Shown: positions 29,328 to 38,174 of the stretch, one piece after another | Numbering within the stretch: position 1 is the stretch's first letter | Layout: each line of letters opens with the position of its first letter | Source of the DNA: Nitrosopumilaceae archaeon | Lineage (GTDB): Archaea > Thermoproteota > Nitrososphaeria > Nitrososphaerales > Nitrosopumilaceae | DNA: 64,000 nt | Assembly: GCA_965208905.1 (NCBI GenBank) | Contig: OZ242365.1 | Span: forward strand, 1,248,001 to 1,312,000 | Direction: 5' to 3' | Notes under the pieces: model-generated | What the model saw: only the letters and a program-made list of their open reading frames with translations | Told to the model about the DNA's origin: nothing | Database searches by the model: none | Position numbers and translations under genes: made by a program

Positions 29328-30449
29328 TTAATTACAGTCGGGCAAGAGACTGTTGTCCTCTTGCAGGAATTTGAAGGCCGCACTCAACGAGGCCCGTACC
29401 GCGCCTATATTGTCCGGCTCAAATCGCTGTTTCACCAACACGATTCCATTGCCGGCAGTCTGGAGGGTCTGGCCGTCAACCTCCACTGTTTCAATATTGG
29501 CATCGAACACGCGTTTTATATCGGCCGCGGGTTCTAGCGAAACCGAGATCAGCGCCATTCCGTCTTCCATCCTGTCTTTGATGATTTTCACCATCTCTTT
29601 GTCTCTATATGAGAACCCGATCACCAACAACACGTCAACCTTCTCAATCTTCTCCTCAAAGCGTTTCCACAAAGTAGAGAACGGCTCCCTGCCATAATCC
29701 TTCGCGCCCTCGGTGGGGGCTACCATAACATCCTTCTTGTTATCCCTTGCCGCAACCATTGTACCCTCCACGATGTCCCCGTCAACATTCTCATGCCAGA
29801 ATATGGAGCCGTGTAGTTTTATCAGGTGCATGTAGTTGTCCGCGTCGGTTGACCACTCGTCTCTCCAGACAAAAACCCCGCGGCCTTCCTGTCTGAAACC
29901 ATTGACTACAACAAGATCCTTCTTGTCGCAGTATTCCTCCATCACACGATCATAGTTAGTCGTAAACACCAGAAATTCACCCATCCCACCATCACCAATA
30001 ACCGACCAAACCATGTCGTACATCTGCCTAATCGAGTTACGGGAATCCGATTTGATAATGAATGATTCAAGCAGGACATCGCGGATGACGAGGTGGACAC
30101 GCCTCAAGGCATTGATTGTGTTCGTTAATAGACCATTTGCATTCATCACCAGAAAGACCGGCCTGATGTTGGACACATCGTCACGCAGGTGCAACATCCG
30201 CTCTATCCCATCGTATAATTTCTCAACATCTTTGTAGTGGTCGTGGTTAATGATGGTTTCTGTAATGCTATCCAGATTGTATGCATCTTTACCCGTATTT
30301 TTGACACGCGCCCGTACCTCGTCCATCAACTCCGTGGTGGTAGGCAGGTCCACAAACGCCGAAGCCCCGGCTCCCAGAAAAAGGGCGGTGCGCATATGCG
30401 GCATGTGGTGCAGACCATAATAAACCATTCTGCCGCATGGATCTGTCAA
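29328..30449 (-). CDS. SIR2-like (SIR2_2) protein
   Basis: LFLGAGAS, FTTNYD, LIKLHGSI, LLVIGFSYRD; the true start is probably near MRTALF. Confidence 0.88.
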   Translation of the reverse strand: MTDPCGRMVYYGLHHMPHMRTALFLGAGASAFVDLPTTTELMDEVRARVKNTGKDAYNLDSITETIINHDHYKDVEKLYDGIERMLHLRDDVSNIRPVFLVMNANGLLTNTINALRRVHLVIRDVLLESFIIKSDSRNSIRQMYDMVWSVIGDGGMGEFLVFTTNYDRVMEEYCDKKDLVVVNGFRQEGRGVFVWRDEWSTDADNYMHLIKLHGSIFWHENVDGDIVEGTMVAARDNKKDVMVAPTEGAKDYGREPFSTLWKRFEEKIEKVDVLLVIGFSYRDKEMVKIIKDRMEDGMALISVSLEPAADIKRVFDANIETVEVDGQTLQTAGNGIVLVKQRFEPDNIGAVRASLSAAFKFLQEDNSLLPDCN

Positions 30450-30482
30450 AAACCAGAGTCCTATACAACGCTGTCAAAAAAG

Positions 30483-30525
30483 TGACTTGGGGTGGAAATG
30501 GTGGTTGTATACCTACGTTTCCAGC
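30483..30525 (+). repeat. Partial internal site
   Basis: TGACTT-GGGGTGGAAATGGTGGTTGTATACCTACGTTTCCA, close to 8463-8497. Confidence 0.75.
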
Positions 30526-30712
30526 GTACAGTACTCAACTCAATAAACCTTAAAACAGCACCGCCACTACGTTTTATACAGGATGGTAATTTGAATGAAA
30601 TGTCAGGAATTTGTATTTGAACCGACTCTGAAGGACATTATACATCGGGGACTTGTGTGTGTTGGAGTCAATATGGGCGCAGCCATCGCCAAAGGCAGAC
30701 GTCCGAATAGTC

Positions 30713-30767
30713 CGATATAGTCGCCGCACGACGATATAGTCGCCGCACGACGATATAGTCGCCGCAC
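30713..30767 (+). repeat. 19-bp tandem repeat (~2.9 copies) upstream of mod 2
   Basis: Unit CGATATAGTCGCCGCACGA. Confidence 0.9.
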
Positions 30768-30937
30768 TCAATCTAACGAAGCTCGGTCATCATGTTCACC
30801 GTGGCAGATATTCACAATTTCAAGGTTTTGGGATGAGTTTGTAGGGGATGATATTGTAGATCATCCACACACATTCAAGGTAATACCGCGGTGTTACACC
30901 GGGAAAATCAAGTGTTTAGTAAGACGGGTGGTGGAGT

Positions 30938-33337
30938 TTGGGTAGACGGCGCACCAAACAATCGGGTAGTGGTCCAGTTGGTGAATACAAGCACGAGAAA
31001 TTCAAGCGTAAGAACACCCCACCTGCCGGGCTGGTCAAAGGAGAGAAAGACGTAGAATCCTACAAATCATACTATCCTGAAATCGATCCGCATGACTCAC
31101 CATTTCTGATGTTCAAGAACAGGCACGAGTCTGACCAAATTAATGTCCAGACGGTCTCACTACACACACATGAATCAATACACCCACCCACAATAGTAGA
31201 ACCGATTCTCAAAGGGCGGCAACACGTACTGGATGACTTTTTTGAGATAACGCGACCACGCAACGAGGCCGTTGAGTTTTACAAGCATAATGATGACTGG
31301 ACCAACCGCCTAATTGCCGGTGACAATCTACTGGTAATGAACTCGTTATTGGAAAAGGAGAATAAGGCTGGCCAGGTAAAGATGATATACTTTGACCCAC
31401 CATATGGTATCAAGTTTAACAGCAACTTTCAACCCAAAGTTTTTGATACAAGTGTAAGAGACCGTGTAGATTCCATAGAGGAGCGACCAGAGAGTATCAA
31501 AGCATTCCGTGACACATGGATGTTAGGCGTTCACTCATATCTATCTGCAACACGAAAGCGATTGGAGTTGGCACGGCGCCTATTGTCTGATACAGGCTCT
31601 ATATTCGTACAGATATCTAATACAAATCAACACTTCATGAGAGTACTGCTTGATGAAATATTTGGTCCTGAGAATCTTGTGTGGCAGATTTTGTTTAGGA
31701 CGAAGGGTGGCGCAGGTGTTGGTGCTTGGCCTCATGCATACGACTACATATTATGGTACGCCAAGGACAAAAAGCAAGCCATTGAATCTGGACATTTACA
31801 CCAATTATGGGAAGATCGTACAGATGAGAGTATTAAAAAAACATTTGGAGGTATGGAGTTAAAGGATGGGACAGTAAAATCGCATGGTGGAAAAGTGTTA
31901 CCACCGGGAGCCAGATATTGTAAAATTATGCCTCTGCACTCACAGGGAGAATCGACAACAGATAGATCAAAACCACACACATTCCCAAATAATGAGACAG
32001 TATCCATACCAAGCGGTAGACAGTGGATAGTGGGTCATGACGAATTGGATGTTTTATATCATAAAAAACGAATACGTTTCACAGAGAAAAGAGCAGATTG
32101 GATATACTATCCAGAAGATGCTCCAAGAATAATAACAAATGTCTGGGAAGGGATGCAAATAAATCAGAAAAACTATGTGATTGAAACAAAAGACAAGGTA
32201 CTGGAACGGTGCATACAACTAACCACGGATGTGGGTGATTTAGTACTAGACATTACCGGTGGAAGTGGCGTGACCGCATATGCTGCCGAAAAGTGGGGCA
32301 GGCGTTGGATAACATGTGATGTATCACGTGTGTCTATTGCAACCATAAAATGGCGCCTACAAACTGCTTCATTTCTCTGGTATAAACTGACCAATGATGT
32401 CGAAGGTGTGGATAGTGGTTTTGAATACGAGACGTTCTTCAAACGATCCGCAAAGACTCTATCAAACACTGAAGATTTGGATGAGAGCATTCGGTATGAC
32501 AAACCCAAGATAGTAAAGGAGAGGAGTCGCGTAACAGGACCATTTACAATAGATGCCATACCGGCACCCACAATATCAAACGATACCGTCAAGACTTCTG
32601 TACGAAGCGACTGGTTAACAAAACTGGCTGACTCTGGTATTGTGACAAATACCGGACAGCGACTGGTGTTTGATAGAGTAGAGCGAAACACGGATGTAAA
32701 GTCCCCAATACACGCCTCTGCATTTACGGGAAAGAAAAAGACTGCCATCTCCTTTGGGTCGGAACATGGGCCCATGAGTGTGTATCAAGTGGAGTCTGTC
32801 TTGAACGATGTTAGTACTGATGCTATCTTTATTGCATTTGTCTTTGATCCACACGCACAGTCTCTTATAGGCAATACAGAGAATGCATTTGCCGTTAGCA
32901 TGAACAACGACATATTGATTGAGGATCTTAAATCCAAATCCACTGACCAACCATTTAGCATCATCGGTGAGCCAGACATTAAAATCCGCCACAACAACGA
33001 CAAATTCACAGTAGAGTTGTTGGGCTATAATTACTACGACCCACATAAAGGGAAGAACATAGTCGGCAACACACAGAATGTGGCAATGTGGATGCTGGAT
33101 ACTGATTATGACGGAAGAACATTACGAGTTAAGCAGTTCTTCTTTCCAAATAAACAAGATGCGTGGAAAGATCTAGAAAAAACACTGCGCAGTAGTGTAA
33201 ATACCGAACTGTTGGAAAAGTATCTTGGCACAGAATCTATCCCATTTGAAAGTGGAAATTATAAAAAAATTGCCATCAAGGTGATTGATATGGATGGTAA
33301 CGAGTCTATGAAGGTGGAAGGATTAGAAGAATGGTAA
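30938..33337 (+). CDS. mod: Type III modification methyltransferase Mod 2
   Basis: WTNRLIAGDNL, IYFDPPYGIKF, AFRDTW, DITGGSGVTA..AEKWGRRWI, WMLDTDYDG. Confidence 0.9.
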   Translation: MGRRRTKQSGSGPVGEYKHEKFKRKNTPPAGLVKGEKDVESYKSYYPEIDPHDSPFLMFKNRHESDQINVQTVSLHTHESIHPPTIVEPILKGRQHVLDDFFEITRPRNEAVEFYKHNDDWTNRLIAGDNLLVMNSLLEKENKAGQVKMIYFDPPYGIKFNSNFQPKVFDTSVRDRVDSIEERPESIKAFRDTWMLGVHSYLSATRKRLELARRLLSDTGSIFVQISNTNQHFMRVLLDEIFGPENLVWQILFRTKGGAGVGAWPHAYDYILWYAKDKKQAIESGHLHQLWEDRTDESIKKTFGGMELKDGTVKSHGGKVLPPGARYCKIMPLHSQGESTTDRSKPHTFPNNETVSIPSGRQWIVGHDELDVLYHKKRIRFTEKRADWIYYPEDAPRIITNVWEGMQINQKNYVIETKDKVLERCIQLTTDVGDLVLDITGGSGVTAYAAEKWGRRWITCDVSRVSIATIKWRLQTASFLWYKLTNDVEGVDSGFEYETFFKRSAKTLSNTEDLDESIRYDKPKIVKERSRVTGPFTIDAIPAPTISNDTVKTSVRSDWLTKLADSGIVTNTGQRLVFDRVERNTDVKSPIHASAFTGKKKTAISFGSEHGPMSVYQVESVLNDVSTDAIFIAFVFDPHAQSLIGNTENAFAVSMNNDILIEDLKSKSTDQPFSIIGEPDIKIRHNNDKFTVELLGYNYYDPHKGKNIVGNTQNVAMWMLDTDYDGRTLRVKQFFFPNKQDAWKDLEKTLRSSVNTELLEKYLGTESIPFESGNYKKIAIKVIDMDGNESMKVEGLEEW

Positions 33338-36075
33338 AAGGTATAGACAAGCTCATAATCTGCAACCCATATGAAAAGCCCAACCAATACTACAAGTACG
33401 ACTCGGAACTTGACGGTTATCACAAGATGACTGGGAGGCGTCCATCCGGATACCAAAGCATGAATGAAAATGGTGTATATGGCATACATAGGGAAATACA
33501 CACTGTCAATAAAATACGAAAACTTGTTGATGAGTGGCGGGATGCTGGTTATCCAGATACTACCAAAACCACCAAAAAACTACTAAATCACTGGAAAAGC
33601 AAGAAAGAGATGAGATTGTTTTTCTGCCAGATGGAGGCTATAGAGACCATCATATATGCAATGGAACATCGAGATAAAGTCAACAAAATAATACAGGGGG
33701 ATGATGGTCCATTCAGCCGTTATTGTACCAAGATGGCTACCGGTACTGGCAAGACAATCATAATGGGGCTGTTGATTGCATGGCAGGTTCTAAACTCCGG
33801 TTCAAGATACACAAAAAATATTCTGGTTGTAACCCCCAACCTAACAGTCAAGGATAGACTACAAGTACTACATCCTGGCAATCCCAAGAACATCTATGAT
33901 GAGTTTGACATGATGCCACCGGGAATGAAGCGTGAAATGTTGGGCAGTGCCCGCATCACTATAACCAATTTTCAGCAGTTTAAACCAAAAGAGGGAAGTA
34001 AGAACAGTGTAGTAAAACTTGGTAGACAAGGTGCAAAGTCATTTGCCGCATCCATTGTAGGTAGGCAGACGAAAAACATTCTGGTCATAAATGATGAGGG
34101 GCATCATGCGTGGAGACCATCATTTTATTCTAATGCAGATAAAAAAGAGGGTAAAGAGGCGGGAATGTGGACAAACGGTCTGGACCTCATACACGGTATT
34201 TGTAAAATCACCCAGTGTTGTGATTTTTCAGCCACACCATTCGTTCCAACCGGTAAGAGTGCTACAGAAGACACTTTGTTTGGGTGGATTATATCAGACT
34301 TTTCACTTAGTGATGCAATAGAGTCGGGCCTTGTCAAGACTCCTAAAACACCTAAAACCGGTGATAGTTTTTACCGCCTGTATGATGAAGATGTTGCAAA
34401 AGCCCTTGGCTCAACAAAGATGGATAGACTGCCAGACAAGGTTGAAAGAGCATACAGCCTTCTTGGTAAAGGATGGGAGAAAGTTAACAAGTTATGGAGA
34501 GAAAACAGGCGGCCCACACCACCTGCCATGATTACTGTTTGTAACAACACACGTCATGCCAAACGCATAGCAGATAATCTTGAGCGAAACACGGTTGGAC
34601 TGAATACAGATCTTGTCAAGTCTGAATCCCTTCTACATATTGATTCAACAACCATAGAAGATGATACAAGTATGCGGGACAAAGTAGCTACAGTTGGAAA
34701 AAGTGGCGAGTCGGGTGAAAAAATCTGCAATATTGTATCTGTTGATATGCTGACTGAGGGATGGGACGCGAGAACAGTCACCCATATTATGGGACTTCGG
34801 GCCTTCAAATCACAACTTCTATGCGAGCAGGTGATTGGCAGAGGTCTGCGCCGCACCAGTTACGATGTAAATGAAGACGGATATTTTGAAACGGAGCATG
34901 TTGACATATTAGGTGTTCCCTTTGCCGGCATATTGTCAGAAGAGGCAGAACAACTTGGAGGAGGGACGACAGTAATACCGGTGGATATTTATCCAGACAA
35001 GCCGGAACATATTATCGCGTGGCCCATCATAACGGAGATCCGCGAGACCGTTACGTATAAGACTGAAATAGACTGGGAAAAAATCACACCACTTGACTTT
35101 GACAAAACAATACCTTCGTCAGTGTCACTAGGCCCTCTTATTGATGGATGGGTTTCCAAAGACAGTGTGACCTTTGAACTCAAAAACCGAAAGCAGACGG
35201 TCATGTATGGTATTTTGCAGAGTATAATGAGTAACTACCACCAGCTCGAAAGGGAGCAGATAATTGCAGAGTATAGTCCATATGTCAATAATCCACAGGG
35301 GCTGACTATATCCATACTTTACAACATCAAAGAGTATGTGAGAAGATTCATTGATATGAAATTTCCAGACAGATCTGAACAGGTATTGTTTGACCACCGC
35401 GATGATGTTGCGCGACATATTTACAAAAATCTCGTAACTGCTGAGCCACTAACAAAGCCCAAAGTAGAAGTCGATGGTACAGATAACACAGACATACCGC
35501 GTAGGGCGACTACGAATCAAAGGCGCTTTGCTCCAAAAAAGACGCATCTTAACTTAATTACCGCGGCCAGAGATTTTGAGATACGTATAGGTAAGATGCT
35601 TGACAAGGATCAGCATGTACATTCTTGGATCAAGTCGGATATGGTGAGATTTTCCATACAATACGAGCATCCCGACGGTTCAAGACGCAACTATCTGCCA
35701 GACTTTATTGCACATTTGAATACTGGTGTTCAACTAGTCATAGAAGGTAAGGGCAAAGAAGATGATGTTGATATTGCCAAGAAAAAAGCATTAAGACGAT
35801 GGGTAGATGCAGTTAATCAAGATGGGAGGTATGGTGTATGGGATTCTACTACACTATATTCAGACAAGGATCTCCAAGCCAGCCTAACAGATGCCATACA
35901 GGCTTCATCGGATAGGCCATATACAGTAGTATGTGAGAGGTGTGGTTTCACCGCTAGCACGCTTGCCGAATCAGTTGGTGTATTTGGTGTTGAGAATAAC
36001 AGGGGAATACTCAAGGTATCTACACTATGCGTTGACTGTCAAAAGGTGATTAAAAACACATCAAGCAACAACTAG
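33331..36075 (+). CDS. res: Type III restriction subunit Res 2
   Basis: FFCQMEAIET, KMATGTGKT, NDEGHH, LTEGWD, EQVIGRGLRR, YLPDF..IEGKG; overlaps the mod 2 stop. Confidence 0.9.
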   Translation: MVKGIDKLIICNPYEKPNQYYKYDSELDGYHKMTGRRPSGYQSMNENGVYGIHREIHTVNKIRKLVDEWRDAGYPDTTKTTKKLLNHWKSKKEMRLFFCQMEAIETIIYAMEHRDKVNKIIQGDDGPFSRYCTKMATGTGKTIIMGLLIAWQVLNSGSRYTKNILVVTPNLTVKDRLQVLHPGNPKNIYDEFDMMPPGMKREMLGSARITITNFQQFKPKEGSKNSVVKLGRQGAKSFAASIVGRQTKNILVINDEGHHAWRPSFYSNADKKEGKEAGMWTNGLDLIHGICKITQCCDFSATPFVPTGKSATEDTLFGWIISDFSLSDAIESGLVKTPKTPKTGDSFYRLYDEDVAKALGSTKMDRLPDKVERAYSLLGKGWEKVNKLWRENRRPTPPAMITVCNNTRHAKRIADNLERNTVGLNTDLVKSESLLHIDSTTIEDDTSMRDKVATVGKSGESGEKICNIVSVDMLTEGWDARTVTHIMGLRAFKSQLLCEQVIGRGLRRTSYDVNEDGYFETEHVDILGVPFAGILSEEAEQLGGGTTVIPVDIYPDKPEHIIAWPIITEIRETVTYKTEIDWEKITPLDFDKTIPSSVSLGPLIDGWVSKDSVTFELKNRKQTVMYGILQSIMSNYHQLEREQIIAEYSPYVNNPQGLTISILYNIKEYVRRFIDMKFPDRSEQVLFDHRDDVARHIYKNLVTAEPLTKPKVEVDGTDNTDIPRRATTNQRRFAPKKTHLNLITAARDFEIRIGKMLDKDQHVHSWIKSDMVRFSIQYEHPDGSRRNYLPDFIAHLNTGVQLVIEGKGKEDDVDIAKKKALRRWVDAVNQDGRYGVWDSTTLYSDKDLQASLTDAIQASSDRPYTVVCERCGFTASTLAESVGVFGVENNRGILKVSTLCVDCQKVIKNTSSNN

Positions 36076-36291
36076 ACATAACACTAACAACATAGGTAAA
36101 AAAGTATCTGCAACACAGTTACCTTCTCCCAAAACACTTGAGAAGTGATAATAGTTCAACTAGTTTCCTTCTAGATGAACATCATCCCTGAGCGACAACT
36201 TCGTACTGACAATGACTGACATAACGAAGAGAAATGTGAGAACACCAAATGTTACCACATTTCCCACATTTTTCTAGGTTGCTGTAACTTT

Positions 36292-36327
36292 CCAGTGCCT
36301 CCCAGTGCCTCCCAGTGCCTCCCAGTG
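36292..36327. repeat. 10-bp tandem repeat (CCAGTGCCTC, ~3.6 copies)
   Basis: Seen directly, about 180 bp upstream of transposase copy 2. Confidence 0.85.
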
Positions 36328-36469
36328 TGTATGTTTATGCTTAGGATACTGAATTTCCCAGAAAACCACATGAATGGGAACTTCAATTGAAAATCTTGAT
36401 CAAATACAGAGGCAAAATTAAGAGGGTTTAGTCATGAAGGGCACATTCCCTCCAGTCATACCGTAAATC

Positions 36470-36504
36470 ACCACCTTAAATAGTGCCGATACGTTACCAC
36501 ACAA
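36470..36504 (+). promoter_or_regulatory. Promoter of transposase copy 2
   Basis: TTAAATA at 36476-36482, ATG at 36505; conserved with copy 1. Confidence 0.75.
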
Positions 36505-37806
36505 ATGAATTACAGAAAACAGAGAGGCATATTGATAACAAAACAAAAGAATCAGATTCGTCAAGTAGATGATTCTACATACGAGGTGTGTTCACAGACT
36601 GAACCTGGCATCAAGTATACGTTGACACGTACATCCCGTAGTTGGGATTGTAACTGTCCTGATGATGCGATATATTGCAAGCATGCGTATGCTCTGGAAG
36701 AACACCTTGGCATGAAACCACGCGTAGACAGGGGCCGTTTAATACACGAGATGGGAGGTCAGGTGGAGTGCATATCACTAGACCACTATCTAGTCAAATC
36801 ACAGAGTATTGATGAATCATACGAAGTACGTGATTTTGGTAGTGGTTGGATATGTTCATGTCCAGACCACATACATACAGGGAGTACATGCAAACACATT
36901 CAAGCCGTACAGTGGAGCAATAGAGAACGGCGTGTAATAGAAGAACCAAGGCAGATTTTATGTCTGCGCTGCGGTTCATCCGACATTATACAGAAGGGGG
37001 TGCGCAGCGGCAATCACCGGTTCCAATGCAAATCATGCGGCAAATACTTTACAGACAATCTTGGATTTGAGGGGCGGCGTTCCGCCCCAGAGTACATTAC
37101 AGTCGCTGTAGAACTGGTGTATGCGGGACTGTCCATACGAAAAACCGTAAAGGCACTACACTCAATATACTGCAAGGTTGGCCGCTCTACCATACATCGC
37201 TGGGCAGACCAGTACGGCCATATGATGGATGAATATCTTGATGGGATAACTCCACTGGTGGGGGAGGAGTGGCGTACCGACGAAATATACGTAAAGATAC
37301 GCGGGAAGCGAAAGTACCTGTTCGCGATGCTGGATTCAGAGACAAGATATTGGATTGCCAGACAGGTTGCCACACACAAAGGTACTGATGATGTACGACC
37401 GATGTTTAAGCAGGCCAAAGACATAACAGGTAAAATTCCATCCAAACTGATATCTGATGGTGCATCCAACTTTGCCGAGGCTCACAAAGATGAGTACGCT
37501 CCCAAGAACTACCTGTGGAAGAGTTCCGTGCATGAGTCACACATACGCATGGATGGCGATATACACAACAACCAGATGGAGTCTTTCAATGGAAATACCA
37601 TACGGCTGCGCGAGAAGATTGTACGCGGTTTGAAGAAGGAGGATGCGGCACTGCTTGCAGGTTTGAAGGTGTATCATAACCATGTAAGGCCACATCTGGG
37701 ACTGCCTGACGGACAGACTCCAGGCGAGGCATCAGGTATACATGTTGATGGTGTAAACAAGATACTCACGATTATACGCGCTGCTGCCAAGGCGCGTAAC
37801 AACTAG
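36505..37806 (+). CDS. SWIM-Zn-finger / Zn-ribbon / HTH / IS6-like DDE transposase, copy 2 (433 aa)
   Basis: Same architecture as copy 1: WRTDE, LISDG, NNQMESFN; ends 118 bp before the right TIR. Confidence 0.9.
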   Translation: MNYRKQRGILITKQKNQIRQVDDSTYEVCSQTEPGIKYTLTRTSRSWDCNCPDDAIYCKHAYALEEHLGMKPRVDRGRLIHEMGGQVECISLDHYLVKSQSIDESYEVRDFGSGWICSCPDHIHTGSTCKHIQAVQWSNRERRVIEEPRQILCLRCGSSDIIQKGVRSGNHRFQCKSCGKYFTDNLGFEGRRSAPEYITVAVELVYAGLSIRKTVKALHSIYCKVGRSTIHRWADQYGHMMDEYLDGITPLVGEEWRTDEIYVKIRGKRKYLFAMLDSETRYWIARQVATHKGTDDVRPMFKQAKDITGKIPSKLISDGASNFAEAHKDEYAPKNYLWKSSVHESHIRMDGDIHNNQMESFNGNTIRLREKIVRGLKKEDAALLAGLKVYHNHVRPHLGLPDGQTPGEASGIHVDGVNKILTIIRAAAKARNN

Positions 37807-37830
37807 CTTTTTCATTTTTTATTCATTCGG
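37807..37830 (+). terminator. Oligo-T terminator of transposase copy 2
   Basis: CTTTTTCATTTTTT right after the stop; copy 1 has CTTTTCATTTTTT. Confidence 0.6.
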
Positions 37831-37850
37831 TATCTGGGCCTTTTATGCCT

Positions 37851-37965
37851 GGAGTAGAAACGTAGGTTGTCTTGGCGGAGTGGAAATATGGGTCTGGAGT
37901 GGAAACGTAGGTCAGGCAGATGTCAGGCGCCACTTTGGGACAGGCGCCATTAATGGGACAGTTCA
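37851..37965 (-). repeat. Right end: three motifs plus 41-bp TIR
   Basis: GGAGT(A/G)GAAA at 37851, 37877, 37896 (top strand); TIR 37925-37965. Confidence 0.92.
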
Positions 37966-37973
37966 GATACGTC
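37966..37973. repeat. Right copy of 8-bp TSD GATACGTC
   Basis: Identical to 3077-3084. Confidence 0.92.
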
Positions 37974-38174
37974 TGCAAAGATGTACATCTGTATATCTAC
38001 TTTCTGACTGCAAGTATACCTTGAAATATCACATATGTGTGATTTTACACCATGCTGATACTGCATATGGTTAACCCCAAAATCTCCAAAGAACGAGGAT
38101 CGGCCAGTTGATATGGAGTCCTTCAAGATTATATAACAAAAGTAATATGTAACAAAAGCGTAGTAAAACCAATC

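Larger units (their letters stand above)
3085..37965. mobile_element. 34.9-kb cargo transposon with 41-bp TIRs, 8-bp TSD and SWIM-DDE transposases
   Basis: Perfect inverted repeat TGAACTGTCCCATTAATGGCGCCTGTCCCAAAGTGGCGCCT at 3085-3125 and 37925-37965; direct GATACGTC on both flanks; transposase gene 36505-37806 next to the right end. Confidence 0.92.

Noticed and set aside
36488-36495. GATACGTT in both transposase promoters resembles the TSD GATACGTC
   Set aside because: A 7/8 match is plausible by chance, and the other ends have unrelated flanking 8-mers.
3085-37965. Casposon, provirus or classical integron identity for the island
   Set aside because: No Cas1, PolB, capsid, packaging ATPase or tyrosine integrase is recognisable in the window.
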